Notes: generated by a model from the sequence alone, not told the origin. 64,000 nucleotides of DNA from an uncultured delta proteobacterium (GCA_963724765.1 CAVRVY010000003.1:1088001-1152000), one strand, 5' to 3'; shown: positions 52,345 through 62,919, counted from the first letter of the stretch. A program made the numbers and translations.

Positions 52345-53412
52345 TCATCGCACGCCCAAGCCGCGCACCGCCGGTATCACCTGCGACGCGAAGCGTTCCA
52401 TCGTCGCCATCACGTCGCGATGCGGTATCAGACCGCCCGCGTTGAACCAGCATACGAGCTGGTCAATCCCGCTGTGCTGGTAAACCTCGTTGATGCGCGC
52501 GATGCATTCGTCGGGCGGTCCGTAAACCGCCATCGTCCCGTCAACTGTCTCGTAGGTCATCGCCGCCGCCCGCTCGCGCACCTGTTCGAGATAGGCGTAG
52601 GAGCCCTCGTACTGGCCGCGGCCGCCAATCGCCGCCTGTTCGCCGATAGTGCGGAAGTAGTGCAGCAGGCTCTGCTCGGCCTCGGCCCGCGCGGCGGCAC
52701 GGCTGGTGTGAGGACATACGAAAAAAAGCGCGGCGACGTCGCCCGGATGCTCGGGGCGCGCGCCGGTCTTGAGCGCCGCGCGGTAGGCGCGGATATGTTC
52801 ATAGAAGCCGGGCACCGGGTTGATGGGCGAGGCGACCAGCACGTCGTAGCCCTTGCGGCCGGCGAACTCGGCGGTCTCAGGGCTGTTGGCGGCGATTCGT
52901 ATTGGCGGATGCGGCTTCTGGAGCGGCCGCGGCTCGACCGCGACATCGGTGACCTCGTAAAAGCGCCCCTGGTAGGTGACACGCTCCCCGGTCCATGCGC
53001 GTACGACTATCTCCAGCGCCTCCTCGAAGCGCTCGCGGCTCTCGTCGCGCGCCATTCCAAAGCCCTGGAAGTGCACCGCGATCGTGCCGCGGCCCACGCC
53101 ATACTCCAGGCGGCCGCCAGTCAACAGGTCGGCGGTGGCGGCTTCCTCGGCGGCGCGCAGCGGATGATGGAACGGCAGCAGCGTCACTGCGGTGCCGAGC
53201 CGGATACGCCGGGTGCGCTGCGCGACCGCTACCGCGACCATCAGCGGCGAGGGCATGATCGAAAAGTTTTTGAAGAAGTGCAGCTCGGCGAGCCACGCGA
53301 CGTCGAAGCCGAGCTGGTCGGCAAGCACGATCTGCTCGATGGTCTCCTGGTAGCGGGCAGGTTCGGATTGCTCTGCAGTACAGGGCAGTTGGTAGAAAAG
53401 GCCGAACTTCAC
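52345..53412 (-). CDS. LLM-class (luciferase-like) flavin-dependent oxidoreductase
   Basis: MKFGLF, WLAELHF, RIRLGTAV, GVGRG, PRPLQKPHPPI. Confidence 0.9.
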   Translation of the reverse strand: MKFGLFYQLPCTAEQSEPARYQETIEQIVLADQLGFDVAWLAELHFFKNFSIMPSPLMVAVAVAQRTRRIRLGTAVTLLPFHHPLRAAEEAATADLLTGGRLEYGVGRGTIAVHFQGFGMARDESRERFEEALEIVVRAWTGERVTYQGRFYEVTDVAVEPRPLQKPHPPIRIAANSPETAEFAGRKGYDVLVASPINPVPGFYEHIRAYRAALKTGARPEHPGDVAALFFVCPHTSRAAARAEAEQSLLHYFRTIGEQAAIGGRGQYEGSYAYLEQVRERAAAMTYETVDGTMAVYGPPDECIARINEVYQHSGIDQLVCWFNAGGLIPHRDVMATMERFASQVIPAVRGLGVR

Positions 53413-53589
53413 GATCGCACCCCCTCGCGGCGCCGGGTCGCGGTGCTCGCGACGCCATGCGCGGACCCGTCTGCGCGGCGCGCCGGCGCACCTGCGCGGC
53501 TCAGAGCTTCATTGCACACCACCTGGCCCCCGGCAACCCTCATCGCCGCGCGCTGTGCATTGGCGGGCCGGCTGCTATGCTGGCCAGGG

Positions 53590-53895
53590 ATGGAGAAAGT
53601 CAACCTCAACGATGTCTTGCGGCTGGCGCGGATGAGCGAGGATGAGCTGAGCGCGTTGGTTGCCCAACTGGAGTACTACCCCTCCGATGCGCTGGCGCGC
53701 TCGCCGTTACCGCGCGATCTGATGCTGCTCGACATCGCGATCAACCTGCGCGCTATCTCACTCAAGGGCGGTCCGATGAGCGCCGAGCCTCAATGGCTGG
53801 AACTGGCCAACCGGCCCGAGCTGAGCGAAACCGCCAACCTGGTCAATGAGATTTCAGACTCCAGTATTGCGCTCGGTCTGCGCGTGCGCCGTTGA
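53590..53895 (+). CDS. Hypothetical protein (101 aa)
   Basis: MEKVNLNDVLRLARMSEDEL...; protein-like composition; forms the real tail of long ORF 52303-53895. Confidence 0.65.
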   Translation: MEKVNLNDVLRLARMSEDELSALVAQLEYYPSDALARSPLPRDLMLLDIAINLRAISLKGGPMSAEPQWLELANRPELSETANLVNEISDSSIALGLRVRR

Positions 53896-53972
53896 CAATC
53901 GCGCGGGACGCGCGACCGCACGCGGTTGCTCGATGGTCAGTTAGTCAACTGATCAATTAATCAATCGGCGAA

Positions 53973-54365
53973 TTAAGCAACTTGCCGGTAGCTCACGATC
54001 TCGAGCAAATTGCCGTCGGGATCGAGGAAGTACAGGCAATCGTGGTCGCCCCAGTCGATCGGCTGCGCGCTTTCGACGCCGGCCTCGGTGAGGCGTTGCT
54101 TGGCGGCGGCGAAATCGGTGCGGCTCACGCGAAAGGCATGATGGCCTTTGCCGAGCGGATGTGAAATCCGCGCCTGGCGCTCCGCCGGCGACATCGGCGG
54201 ACGCGCGACACCGAACAGTGCGAGGTTCTGCGCTCCGCACTCCAGCAGCACCTGGTCGCCGAGATGCGCGACGACGCTGAGCCCGAGGACTTCGGTGTAG
54301 AAGCGCTCGGCGCGCGCGAGGTCGCTGACCTCGATTCCGAAATGGTCAAGCCGCTCGAGTTTCAT
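53973..54365 (-). CDS. VOC (glyoxalase-like) family protein
   Basis: LDHFGIEVSDL..AERFY, GHHAF, YFLDPDGNLLE. Confidence 0.9.
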   Translation of the reverse strand: MKLERLDHFGIEVSDLARAERFYTEVLGLSVVAHLGDQVLLECGAQNLALFGVARPPMSPAERQARISHPLGKGHHAFRVSRTDFAAAKQRLTEAGVESAQPIDWGDHDCLYFLDPDGNLLEIVSYRQVA

Positions 54366-54476
54366 CGTTTTCACCAATACTCAATGCTGATGACTGCCGC
54401 TCCGATGTCACGGCACCACTTTATTATATTCCCATCTTAACCCCTCGCTTAGGACAAGGAGAGGTAATCCGTCGCG

Positions 54477-55703
54477 CTAACCGAGGTCGCGCAATAACAC
54501 GCCGGTCAGGTATTCGCCCTCGGGATGGCCGAGCAGCACCGGATGGTCGGGACCGGGGCCGAGGCGCGCGAGCAGGCGCATCCGGCGCCCCGAGCGGCCC
54601 TCGGCGATGCGCACTGCGCGGACGAAATCCTCGCCGCGAAAGTGTGCTGAGCAACTGAAGGTCATCAGGAAGCCGCCCGGGCTGAGCGCGCCGAGCGCGA
54701 GCGCGTTGAGTTCGACATAGAGATGCTCGGCGCGCCGCGCGTCGGCGCGGCTGCGTGCAAATGGCGGTGGGTCGAGCACGATCAAATCGAAAAGCTCGTC
54801 GCGCTTACCGAGCAATTCGCCGGCCTCGCCATGCACGAAACGGACGGCGCCGGGCGGATAGCCGTTGAGCTCCAGGTTGTGCCGCGCCCATTGGAGCGCC
54901 TGCGCGGAAGTGTCGACAGCGACGACTCTTTTCGCGCCGCCCCTGAGCGCGTTCAGCGTGAAGCCGCCGGTGTAGCAACACAGATCGAGGACGCGCGCGC
55001 AGGCCGCCAGCCGACCGAAACGCGCCCGATTCTCGCGCTGATCGAGGAACGCTCCGGTCTTCTGGCCGTGCTCGAGGTCGACGGTCATTTTTATGCCGTT
55101 CTCGCTCACCACGTTTTCACTCACGATGATTTCGCCGGCGGCTTCGCCTGCCATCACGCCCACGCGATCTTCGAGCCCCTCCTGCCGGCGCACGGCGCCC
55201 TGGCTGCGCTCGAAAATCGCACGCGGCGATATCATCAGGTTCAGATGTTCAACGATTTCCGCGCGCATCCGCTCGGCGCCCGCGGTCAGCAATTGCATCA
55301 CCACGACTTCGCCGTAGCGGTCCACGACCACGCCCGAGAGGCCGTCGCCGTCGCCATTGAGTATCCGGTAGCAATCCGTGTCGGCACCGACGACGCACTC
55401 GCGCAGCTTGAGCGCGTGCTCGATGCGCCAGCGGACGATTTCGGCGGGGCCAGGCTCGCCGCCCAGCGCGAGCATCCGCACCGCGATCGTGGTCGCGGGA
55501 TTGTAGTAGCCGTGTCCAATCGTCGCGCCGGCCGCGTCGAGGATCCACACGCGCGCGCCGGGCTCGATTGCACCGGGCTCGACGCGATCGATCGCCTGCG
55601 AGAAGACCCAGGGATTGCCGCCGCGCACCGGTCCCTCGCGGCCCTTTTTGAGGAAGACTCGCGCCGGCGCCGCCGCCGCGCCGTTCGGTCGAGAGGTTTT
55701 CAA
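54477..55703 (-). CDS. rlmI: RlmI-like SAM-dependent rRNA methyltransferase
   Basis: PUA N-terminus (GNPWVF), GDGDGLSG.VVDRY, GQKTG.FLDQR, LDPP, FSCS. Confidence 0.85.
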   Translation of the reverse strand: MKTSRPNGAAAAPARVFLKKGREGPVRGGNPWVFSQAIDRVEPGAIEPGARVWILDAAGATIGHGYYNPATTIAVRMLALGGEPGPAEIVRWRIEHALKLRECVVGADTDCYRILNGDGDGLSGVVVDRYGEVVVMQLLTAGAERMRAEIVEHLNLMISPRAIFERSQGAVRRQEGLEDRVGVMAGEAAGEIIVSENVVSENGIKMTVDLEHGQKTGAFLDQRENRARFGRLAACARVLDLCCYTGGFTLNALRGGAKRVVAVDTSAQALQWARHNLELNGYPPGAVRFVHGEAGELLGKRDELFDLIVLDPPPFARSRADARRAEHLYVELNALALGALSPGGFLMTFSCSAHFRGEDFVRAVRIAEGRSGRRMRLLARLGPGPDHPVLLGHPEGEYLTGVLLRDLG

Positions 55704-55731
55704 CGTTTCAACTTTCTGATTGTTCGGCTGC

Positions 55732-56295
55732 TCAATTGTCCGCGGACGGCCATCGCGGTTCGCCGGTGCGCTTGAAGGTGCCGCTGCGGCCGCCGGATTT
55801 ACCGACCAGCCGGATCGCTTCGATCGTCATCGCGCGATCGATCGCCTTGGCCATGTCATAGATAGTGAGCGCCGCGGCGCTCAGCGCGACCAGCGCTTCC
55901 ATCTCGACACCAGTGCGCGCGGCGGTCGCCGCACGGGCCTGAATATGGAGTGTGGCGCGGGCCGGGTCGGGACGGAATTCGATCTCGACAACCTCCAGCG
56001 GAATCTGATGGCAGAGCGGAATCAACTCGTGAGTGCGCTTGGCCGCCATGATTCCGGCCAGTCGCGCGGTTGCCAGCGCCTCGCCCTTCTTGAGCCGTCC
56101 GCCGACGATCGCGTCCAGCGTCGCCCGGTCCATTTTTACTGCGCCACGGGCCACCGCCTCTCGCCGCGTCACCGGTTTTTCGCCGACATCGACCATTCGC
56201 ACGCGGCCGCGGCGGTCGAGATGAGTGAGTGCGCCACGTGTGGCGGGGCCGGGAAGTTTGCTGGAGAGTCCGGAGGTCGGCTTCTTGCGTGTCAT
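55732..56295 (-). CDS. moaC: Cyclic pyranopterin monophosphate synthase
   Basis: [38 protein letters not shown]. Confidence 0.95.
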   Translation of the reverse strand: MTRKKPTSGLSSKLPGPATRGALTHLDRRGRVRMVDVGEKPVTRREAVARGAVKMDRATLDAIVGGRLKKGEALATARLAGIMAAKRTHELIPLCHQIPLEVVEIEFRPDPARATLHIQARAATAARTGVEMEALVALSAAALTIYDMAKAIDRAMTIEAIRLVGKSGGRSGTFKRTGEPRWPSADN

Positions 56296-56432
56296 CGTAG
56301 GCGGCAGCTAAGAGCTTATGTTGACGCGATGCGCCGATACAACAAAGCGCTAGAATAGACGGTAGAATATGATGACGGACCGCGCGTCTTGTGTCGCGCG
56401 ATTCCAGGCAAAGGCAATCGATAACAAAACAG

Positions 56433-57374
56433 ATGGCAGACGAAACCTATCGCCTCGTGATTCTCGGCTCCGGTCCCGCGGGCCTGACGGCCGCGCTCTA
56501 CGCGGCGCGCGCCAATCTGGCCCCGCTGCTGATCGAGGGCGCCCAGCCCGGCGGCCAGCTCACCATCACTACCGAGGTCGAGAACTACCCCGGCTTCGTG
56601 CACGGAATACAGGGCCCCGAGATGATGGACGTGTTCCGGCGCCAGGCCGAGCGCTTCGGCACGAAATTCGTGTTTGGCGAAGTGTCCGCGGTCGATCTAC
56701 GCAAACGGCCGTTTGAGTTGCGCTCGGGCGTCAGCACGATCGGCGCTGAAGCCCTCATCGTCGCGACTGGTGCGTCGGCCAAGCTGCTCGGGATTGATTC
56801 GGAAAAGCGCTTGATGGGCTATGGGGTTAGCGCGTGCGCGACCTGCGACGGCGCGTTCTTCAAGAACAAGGAGGCGGTGGTGGTGGGTGGCGGCGACACC
56901 GCGATGGAAGAGGCGACGTTTCTCACGCGGTTTTGCTCCAAGGTGACGATCGTGCATCGGCGCAGCGCCCTTCGCGCCTCCAAGATCATGCAGGACCGCG
57001 CGGCCGCCAATCCGAAGATCGCTTTCATCTGGAACAGCGTGATCGACGAAATCTTCGGCGAGCAAAAAACCGGAGTCAGCGGCGTGCGGCTCAAGGACCT
57101 CAAGACGGGCGGAAGCAGGGATTTTCAAACCGACGCCGTGTTCGTCGCGATCGGCCATCAGCCCAACACCCGTTTGTTCGAAGGCCAACTCGAGATGGAT
57201 GAGGTCGGCTACCTCAAGGTCCGCAATGGATCGACCTACACCAATATTGACGGCGTGTTCGCGGCCGGCGACGTCGCCGACAAGGTCTATCGCCAGGCGG
57301 TGACCGCGGCGGGCACCGGATGCATGGCGGCGATTGACGCGGAGCGCTGGCTCGAAGCGCACGAGACGATCTGA
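56433..57374 (+). CDS. trxB: Thioredoxin reductase
   Basis: GSGPAG, GGQL...VENYPG, SACATCDG, GGGDTA.EEA, YRQAVTAAG. Confidence 0.96.
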   Translation: MADETYRLVILGSGPAGLTAALYAARANLAPLLIEGAQPGGQLTITTEVENYPGFVHGIQGPEMMDVFRRQAERFGTKFVFGEVSAVDLRKRPFELRSGVSTIGAEALIVATGASAKLLGIDSEKRLMGYGVSACATCDGAFFKNKEAVVVGGGDTAMEEATFLTRFCSKVTIVHRRSALRASKIMQDRAAANPKIAFIWNSVIDEIFGEQKTGVSGVRLKDLKTGGSRDFQTDAVFVAIGHQPNTRLFEGQLEMDEVGYLKVRNGSTYTNIDGVFAAGDVADKVYRQAVTAAGTGCMAAIDAERWLEAHETI

Positions 57375-57412
57375 ATTCTGCGTAACAAGGACACGGCCGG
57401 TGGGTCGGCGGC

Positions 57413-58408
57413 GTGGAACCGCCTCGGATGAGCCCGGGACGCAGGTTCCTGGTCGCAATCGCCGGCATCGTGGTGCTCACCGCCGGCGGCACCGCCGGCT
57501 ATATGGCGATCGAGCACATGAAGATGCTCGACGCGCTCTACATGACCGTCATCACCATCTCCACCGTCGGCTACGAAGAGGTGAAGCCGCTCGACGAGAG
57601 CGGACGAGTCTTCACGATGGGGCTGATCGTAATCGGCGTCGGCACCGCGTTCTACTTATTCGCCGCCGTCACCCAGTTCGTGGTCGAGGGCCAGTTGCGC
57701 GAGATGGTCGGGAGGGTTGCGATGAAGCGCAAGATCGAACAAATCGAGGGACACATCGTGATTTGCGGCTTCGGCAGGATGGGCCGGGTGGTGGCCGACG
57801 AGGTAGTGCGCAGTGGCGGCGAGGTGGTGGTGATCGAGCGCGACCCGGCGCGCGAAGCCGAGTTAGCCGCTCGGAACTTGCTCTACGTGATCGGATCGGC
57901 GCTCGAGGATCGCATGCTGGAGGAAGCGGGCCTGCCCCGGGCGCGCGCGATCGTGGTGGCCACTGCCTCCGACGCCGACAACGTCTATATCACGCTCTCG
58001 GCGCGCGCGATGAACCCGAATATCCCCATTCACGCGCGCGGCGAATCGGAGGCTGGCTTGCAGCACCTGCGGATGGCGGGGGCGAACCAGACGATCTCGG
58101 CCTACCAGTGGGGCGGGATACGGCTGGCGGCCAGCATCATGCGCCCGTCGGTGGTCGACTTCCTGGAGTTGTCGTTTCCGGGGCGCGGCGCCGAGATCGA
58201 TCTCGAGGAGATTCGCGTGGCCGAGGGCAGTGCGCTCGTCGGCCAGCCGATCGCCGCCGTCGAGCAGAGTTCGACGCGGCTGCGAATAGTCGCGCTCAAG
58301 CGCGGCAGCGCTCCGAGCTCGCTGATTCCCGATCCTGCAACCCGTATCGAGGCAGGTGATTTCCTGGTCGCGATCGGCGACCGCGACACCTTGCGCGGCC
58401 TGGGCTAG
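57413..58408 (+). CDS. 2-TM potassium-channel-type protein with RCK (TrkA-N/C) domains
   Basis: TM-pore (TISTVGYEE)-TM, CGFGRMG Rossmann motif, TrkA-C. Confidence 0.88.
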   Translation: MEPPRMSPGRRFLVAIAGIVVLTAGGTAGYMAIEHMKMLDALYMTVITISTVGYEEVKPLDESGRVFTMGLIVIGVGTAFYLFAAVTQFVVEGQLREMVGRVAMKRKIEQIEGHIVICGFGRMGRVVADEVVRSGGEVVVIERDPAREAELAARNLLYVIGSALEDRMLEEAGLPRARAIVVATASDADNVYITLSARAMNPNIPIHARGESEAGLQHLRMAGANQTISAYQWGGIRLAASIMRPSVVDFLELSFPGRGAEIDLEEIRVAEGSALVGQPIAAVEQSSTRLRIVALKRGSAPSSLIPDPATRIEAGDFLVAIGDRDTLRGLG

Positions 58409-58494
58409 CGTCCAGCGCGTCAGCGCCGTCGCCCGGCCCCGCGCGCCGGCATTTCCTTTGAATCGCGGCCGCCATCCTGCCAAGATTTGCGCGC

Positions 58495-59256
58495 ATGGAA
58501 GGGGGAGAAGGAACGCAGCCTGAGCCGCGCAAGCCGACCGGCGAGCTGAAGGCGCCCACCGGCGATCTTGGCTCCGCCCCCGCGCGTGCAACGCCGCGGC
58601 GCTGGCGCCGAATCGATATCCGGGTCTCCGAGTTGATCGTCTTCCTGGTGGCGGTGGTCGGCGCGGTTGCGCTGGGACTGGGCATCACCGAATACTTCGG
58701 CGAGCATCCGTACACTTTTGCCTACCTGATCGCGTACGCCGGGTTTCGTTTCGCCGACGTCATGGTGCGTGAGGATTTCGAGCCGCCACCCGACGCCGCG
58801 TTGCTTTCGGGATCGATCCTGCGCCAGTTGCCGGTGCTGTTGCTGTTCGCGGCGGCGCCGTTCGAGCGGACCTACATTTACGGCGGTGAAGTGGCGCGAT
58901 GGGTGCAGGCGCTGGGTTTGCTGATGGAGCTGCTGGGCTTGTGGCTGGCGCTCGGCGCGCGCATCCAGCTGGGTTTTTTCAGCTCGACGCCGGAATCCGG
59001 CGGTCCGCGTGCGCTCGTGCGCAATGGGCTCTATGGCAGCATCCGCCATCCGATCTGGCTCGGCGAGTTCCTGGTGGTCTTTGCATGGGCGCTCGAGTTC
59101 GGCGCGCCGGTAAGCGCGGCGCTGACGGTGATCTTCGGGATCGTGATGGGCCGGATGCGCGCGGCGACGGAAGAGGCCGAGATGCTGGCGCAGTTCGGCG
59201 ACCCCTACGCGCGCTATCTGCAGGAGACCGAGTGCTTCATCCCCGGCATCTGGTAG
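58495..59256 (+). CDS. Isoprenylcysteine carboxyl methyltransferase (ICMT/Ste14) family protein
   Basis: LVRNGLYGSIRHPIWLG, EEAEML..FG..Y..Y, FIPGIW. Confidence 0.82.
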   Translation: MEGGEGTQPEPRKPTGELKAPTGDLGSAPARATPRRWRRIDIRVSELIVFLVAVVGAVALGLGITEYFGEHPYTFAYLIAYAGFRFADVMVREDFEPPPDAALLSGSILRQLPVLLLFAAAPFERTYIYGGEVARWVQALGLLMELLGLWLALGARIQLGFFSSTPESGGPRALVRNGLYGSIRHPIWLGEFLVVFAWALEFGAPVSAALTVIFGIVMGRMRAATEEAEMLAQFGDPYARYLQETECFIPGIW

Positions 59257-59330
59257 ACGAGTTGGAATTTCTGTCCTGATTCGCTTCCGCAATGCCGTTG
59301 GCGATCGCAACAGCAACAACTGACGCCATC

Positions 59331-59371
59331 TCTGAACCCTCGCCCACATATGATGTGGGCGAGGGTTCAGA
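59331..59371. repeat. Perfect 19-bp inverted repeat, REP-like
   Basis: TCTGAACCCTCGCCCACAT-ATG-ATGTGGGCGAGGGTTCAGA between convergent genes. Confidence 0.8.
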
Positions 59372-59457
59372 AAAAGGCCCGCGCGTAAAGAATTGTTGGT
59401 GGCTAGTGCGCCCCCCTCCGGCTCCCCGCGAGGTTGCACCGCGAGGCTGCCAAAACC

Positions 59458-62400
59458 CTAGCGCAGCATCACTGACGCGGCGGCGAGCGTGTGCTCGACC
59501 GCGGCGACGAAATCGTCGGTCGGCGCGACGCGATAGCTGTCGCCGAGCAGGAAGATCGCCTCGTGCGCGTCATCCAGCGCCAGGTGCAAATATGTGATCG
59601 CGCGCCCGGTATGGCGCCCGAGCACCGCCTTCAGTTCCTCCAGCGCGCCATTGGCCAGGCGCTCGCGCGGCGCCGAAATATGCACCTCGCGAACCGCGTC
59701 GACCAGCGCCGTGCCCAGCGGCCGCATCTCGTCAAGGATCACCTGCGCGCGCTCGTCGTCGACGTCCAGCTTGCCGCGCGCGACTACCGGCTCGTCGCCC
59801 ATGATCAGCGCTTCGTGTTTTTGATAGGTCTCCGGCCACGCGATCACTTCGACCGCGCCCTCGCGGTCCTCCAGCGAGAACGTCGCATAGCGCTTGCCGG
59901 CCTTGTTGTTCTTGAGCTTGGCCGCCTGCACCACTCCGGCGATACGCACCTGGCTGCCGTCGGGGAGCAAAGTAAGATCCGCGGTTGAGACGGCGCCGAG
60001 CCGGCGCAGCTCGCGATCGTATTTGTCGAGCGGATGGGCGGTGATGTAGAAGCCGAGCGCTTCCTTCTCGTTGCGCAGCATCTCTTTCTGATCCCACTCG
60101 GCGACTGGATCGCGCGGCGGCGGCAGCGCCTGCGGGCGCGCGGCGGCGCCGAACAGTCCGTGCTGGCCCTTGGCCGCATCGCTCTCGGCCTTCTGCGCGA
60201 CCCTGAGCGCGTCCTCGACGATCGCGACGAGCGGCGCGCGCGAGGGCGAGATCGAATCGAATGCACCGCACTTGATCAGCGCCTCGAGCACGCGCCGGTT
60301 GACCAGCTGGCTGCCGACGCGCAGGCAGAAATCGAGCAGGTCCTTGAACGGGCCGCCGCTTTGGCGGACCGCGATCATCGCCTCGGCGCTCTTGGCGCCC
60401 ACGCCACGGATCGCGCCCAGGCCGAAGCGGATCGCGTCGCCCGCGACCGTGAACTTCACGCCGGAGTGGTTGACGTCGGGCGGCAGCAGCGCGATGCGCA
60501 TCTCGCGCAGCGCCGCGATATTCTTGTAGGCTTTGTCGACGTCGTCCATGTCGAGCGACATCAGCGCCGCCATGAACTCGCGCGGGAAGTGCGCCTTCAG
60601 GTACGCGGTGGTGTACGTGGTCAGCGCGTAGGCGGCGGCGTGCGAGCGGTTGAAGCCGTAGGAGGCGAAGGTCTCGATCTTCTCGAAGATCGATTTGGCC
60701 AGCGCTTTATCGAGGCCGTTTTTCTTCGCGCCGTCGAGAAAGCGCGCGCGCTCGCGCTCCATCTGCGCCTTGTTTTTCTTGCCCATCGCGGCGCGCAGGA
60801 TGTCGGCTTCCTCGAGCGTATAGCCGGCCAGCGCCTGCGCCGCGCGCATCACCTGCTCTTGGTAGATGATCACGCCGTAGGTGTCGCGCAGTACCGGCTC
60901 CAGCAATTGATGGTCGTATTCGACCGGCTCCTTGCCGTGCTTGCGCTTGATGAACGGATCGACCATCCCCGAGTCCAGCGTGCCGGGGCGAAAGAGCGAG
61001 ATAGCCGCGATCACGTCCTCGAAATTCGAGGGCTTGAGCTCGGTCAAGAAGCGGCGCATCCCGGATCCTTCCATCTGAAACACGCCGACCGTGTCGCCGC
61101 GCGCTAGCAGGCGGTAGCTCTCGGGATCGTCGAGCGGGAGGCGGTTCAAGTCCGGCGGCTCCTTGCCGCCGGCGCGCACCAGGTTCAGCGTCTCGACGAT
61201 GAGGGTCAGGTTCTTGAGCGCGAGGAAGTCGAACTTGATGAGTCCGATCTCCTCCACTCCCTTCATCGAGTACTGCGTAATCGCCATCGCGCCGTCGGTG
61301 CGTTCCTTGTCGGCGTAGAGCGGAACGACCTCGGCCAGCGGAACGTCGGAGATGACCACGCCGGCCGCGTGGCGCGACGCGTGGCGCAGAAGTCCCTCGA
61401 GCTTGAAGGCGTACTCGAACAGATCAGGATGGCTCTCGCGCTCGGCCTTAAGCCGCGGCTCCATCTCGAGCGCGGCGCTTAGCGGAAAGTCGCGGCCCTG
61501 CTTGGGCGCGGGATAGAGCTTGACGATGCGATCGGTCTCAGCGAAAGAGAGCCCGAGCACGCGGCCAACGTCGCGGATCGCCTGTTTGCCCTTGATGGTG
61601 CCGAAGGTGATGATCTGCGCGACGCGGTCGGCGCCGTATTTCGCACGCACGTAGCTAAGCACCTCGTCGCGCCGCTCCCAGCAAAAGTCGACGTCGATAT
61701 CGGGCATCGACTTGCGTCCCGGATTGAGCCAGCGCTCGAACAGCAGCTTGTGCTCGATCGGATCGACTTCGGTTATCCTGAGCGCGTAGGAGACCAGGCT
61801 GCCGACCACCGAGCCCCGGCCCGGGCCGACCGGGATGCCCTGGCTGCGCGCGTAATCGATAAAATCGGCGACGATCAGCATGTAGCCCGAAAAGCCCATC
61901 TCGCGGATGACCGGCAACTCGCGGTCGAGCCGCTCGTAATAGGGCGCCTCGTCGAACTCACCGCGGCGCGCGTGCAGTTCCGCAAGCCGCGCGCCGAGCC
62001 CCGCCTTCACGCGCGTTTCCAGCACCTGGTCGAGGTCGTCGGGCGGAGCGTCCTGGTAAATCGGGAAATGGAACTTGCCGAACTCGAACTCGAAGTCGAC
62101 CCGCCGCGCGATCTCCATCGTGTTGCGGAACTCCTCGGACTCCGCGCCGAACGCCTTGGCCATCTCCTCGGGCGTCTTGACGTAAAGCTCGTCGGTATCG
62201 AAGCGCCATCGCGACTCGTCCGCGAGCGTCTTGCCGGTCTGGATGCAGAGCAGGACTTCATGGGCGCGCGCGTCGCCGCGATGCAGGTAGTGGCAATCGT
62301 TGGTGGCGACCAGCGGCAGGCCGGCAGTGCGGCCGATCTCGCGCAGCGCGTCGTTGAGCGGCGCGTGCAGGCGGTTGTCCTGCAGTTCAAGGTAGAAGCG

Positions 62401-62919
62401 GTCCTTGAAAATGCGCGCGTAACTCTCGGCCGCCTCGCGCGCTTTGTCGATACGCCCCGCGCGGAGCCATCGCGCGACCTCACCCGACAGACATCCCGAG
62501 AGCGCGATGATGCCCTCGTTGAGCTCGGTTAGAATTTCCTTGTCGATGCGCGGCTTGTAGTAGAGCCCCTCCTGGTAGGCGGCGCTCAGCAGGCGGCAGA
62601 GGTTGCGATAGCCGGTGCGCGAGGCGGCGAGCAGGATGAGATGGAAGTTGCCGCCGCCGTCGAAGTCGTCGCCCTTGGGCGCCTGCGAGCGATCGGTGCG
62701 CTTGCCGGGCGCGACGTAGGCCTCGCATCCGATGATCGGTTTGATCCCGTGCTGGGTGGCTTTGCTGAAGAACTCGACCGCGCCGAACATGTTGCCATGG
62801 TCGGTGATAGCCATCGCGGTCATGCCGCAGGCGTGTGCGTGCTCGAGCAGCGGTTCGATCTTGTTGGCGCCGTCGAGCAGGCTGTACTGAGTATGGACGT
62901 GAAGATGGGCGAAGCTCAT
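59458..62919 (-). CDS. dnaE: DNA polymerase III alpha subunit
   Basis: PHP HLHVHTQYSLLDG, TDHGN, GPGRGS, PDIDVDF, KFDFL, YGFNRSH, OB fold. Confidence 0.97.
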   Translation of the reverse strand: MSFAHLHVHTQYSLLDGANKIEPLLEHAHACGMTAMAITDHGNMFGAVEFFSKATQHGIKPIIGCEAYVAPGKRTDRSQAPKGDDFDGGGNFHLILLAASRTGYRNLCRLLSAAYQEGLYYKPRIDKEILTELNEGIIALSGCLSGEVARWLRAGRIDKAREAAESYARIFKDRFYLELQDNRLHAPLNDALREIGRTAGLPLVATNDCHYLHRGDARAHEVLLCIQTGKTLADESRWRFDTDELYVKTPEEMAKAFGAESEEFRNTMEIARRVDFEFEFGKFHFPIYQDAPPDDLDQVLETRVKAGLGARLAELHARRGEFDEAPYYERLDRELPVIREMGFSGYMLIVADFIDYARSQGIPVGPGRGSVVGSLVSYALRITEVDPIEHKLLFERWLNPGRKSMPDIDVDFCWERRDEVLSYVRAKYGADRVAQIITFGTIKGKQAIRDVGRVLGLSFAETDRIVKLYPAPKQGRDFPLSAALEMEPRLKAERESHPDLFEYAFKLEGLLRHASRHAAGVVISDVPLAEVVPLYADKERTDGAMAITQYSMKGVEEIGLIKFDFLALKNLTLIVETLNLVRAGGKEPPDLNRLPLDDPESYRLLARGDTVGVFQMEGSGMRRFLTELKPSNFEDVIAAISLFRPGTLDSGMVDPFIKRKHGKEPVEYDHQLLEPVLRDTYGVIIYQEQVMRAAQALAGYTLEEADILRAAMGKKNKAQMERERARFLDGAKKNGLDKALAKSIFEKIETFASYGFNRSHAAAYALTTYTTAYLKAHFPREFMAALMSLDMDDVDKAYKNIAALREMRIALLPPDVNHSGVKFTVAGDAIRFGLGAIRGVGAKSAEAMIAVRQSGGPFKDLLDFCLRVGSQLVNRRVLEALIKCGAFDSISPSRAPLVAIVEDALRVAQKAESDAAKGQHGLFGAAARPQALPPPRDPVAEWDQKEMLRNEKEALGFYITAHPLDKYDRELRRLGAVSTADLTLLPDGSQVRIAGVVQAAKLKNNKAGKRYATFSLEDREGAVEVIAWPETYQKHEALIMGDEPVVARGKLDVDDERAQVILDEMRPLGTALVDAVREVHISAPRERLANGALEELKAVLGRHTGRAITYLHLALDDAHEAIFLLGDSYRVAPTDDFVAAVEHTLAAASVMLR

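Noticed and set aside
52303-53589. 530-aa ORF 52303-53895 as a single protein
   Set aside because: Most of it is antisense to the LLM gene; only the part from ATG 53590 looks coding.
59331-59375. Intrinsic terminator call for the 19-bp hairpin
   Set aside because: The A-run follows the stem on the + strand, so neither strand has a U tract after the hairpin; kept as a repeat.
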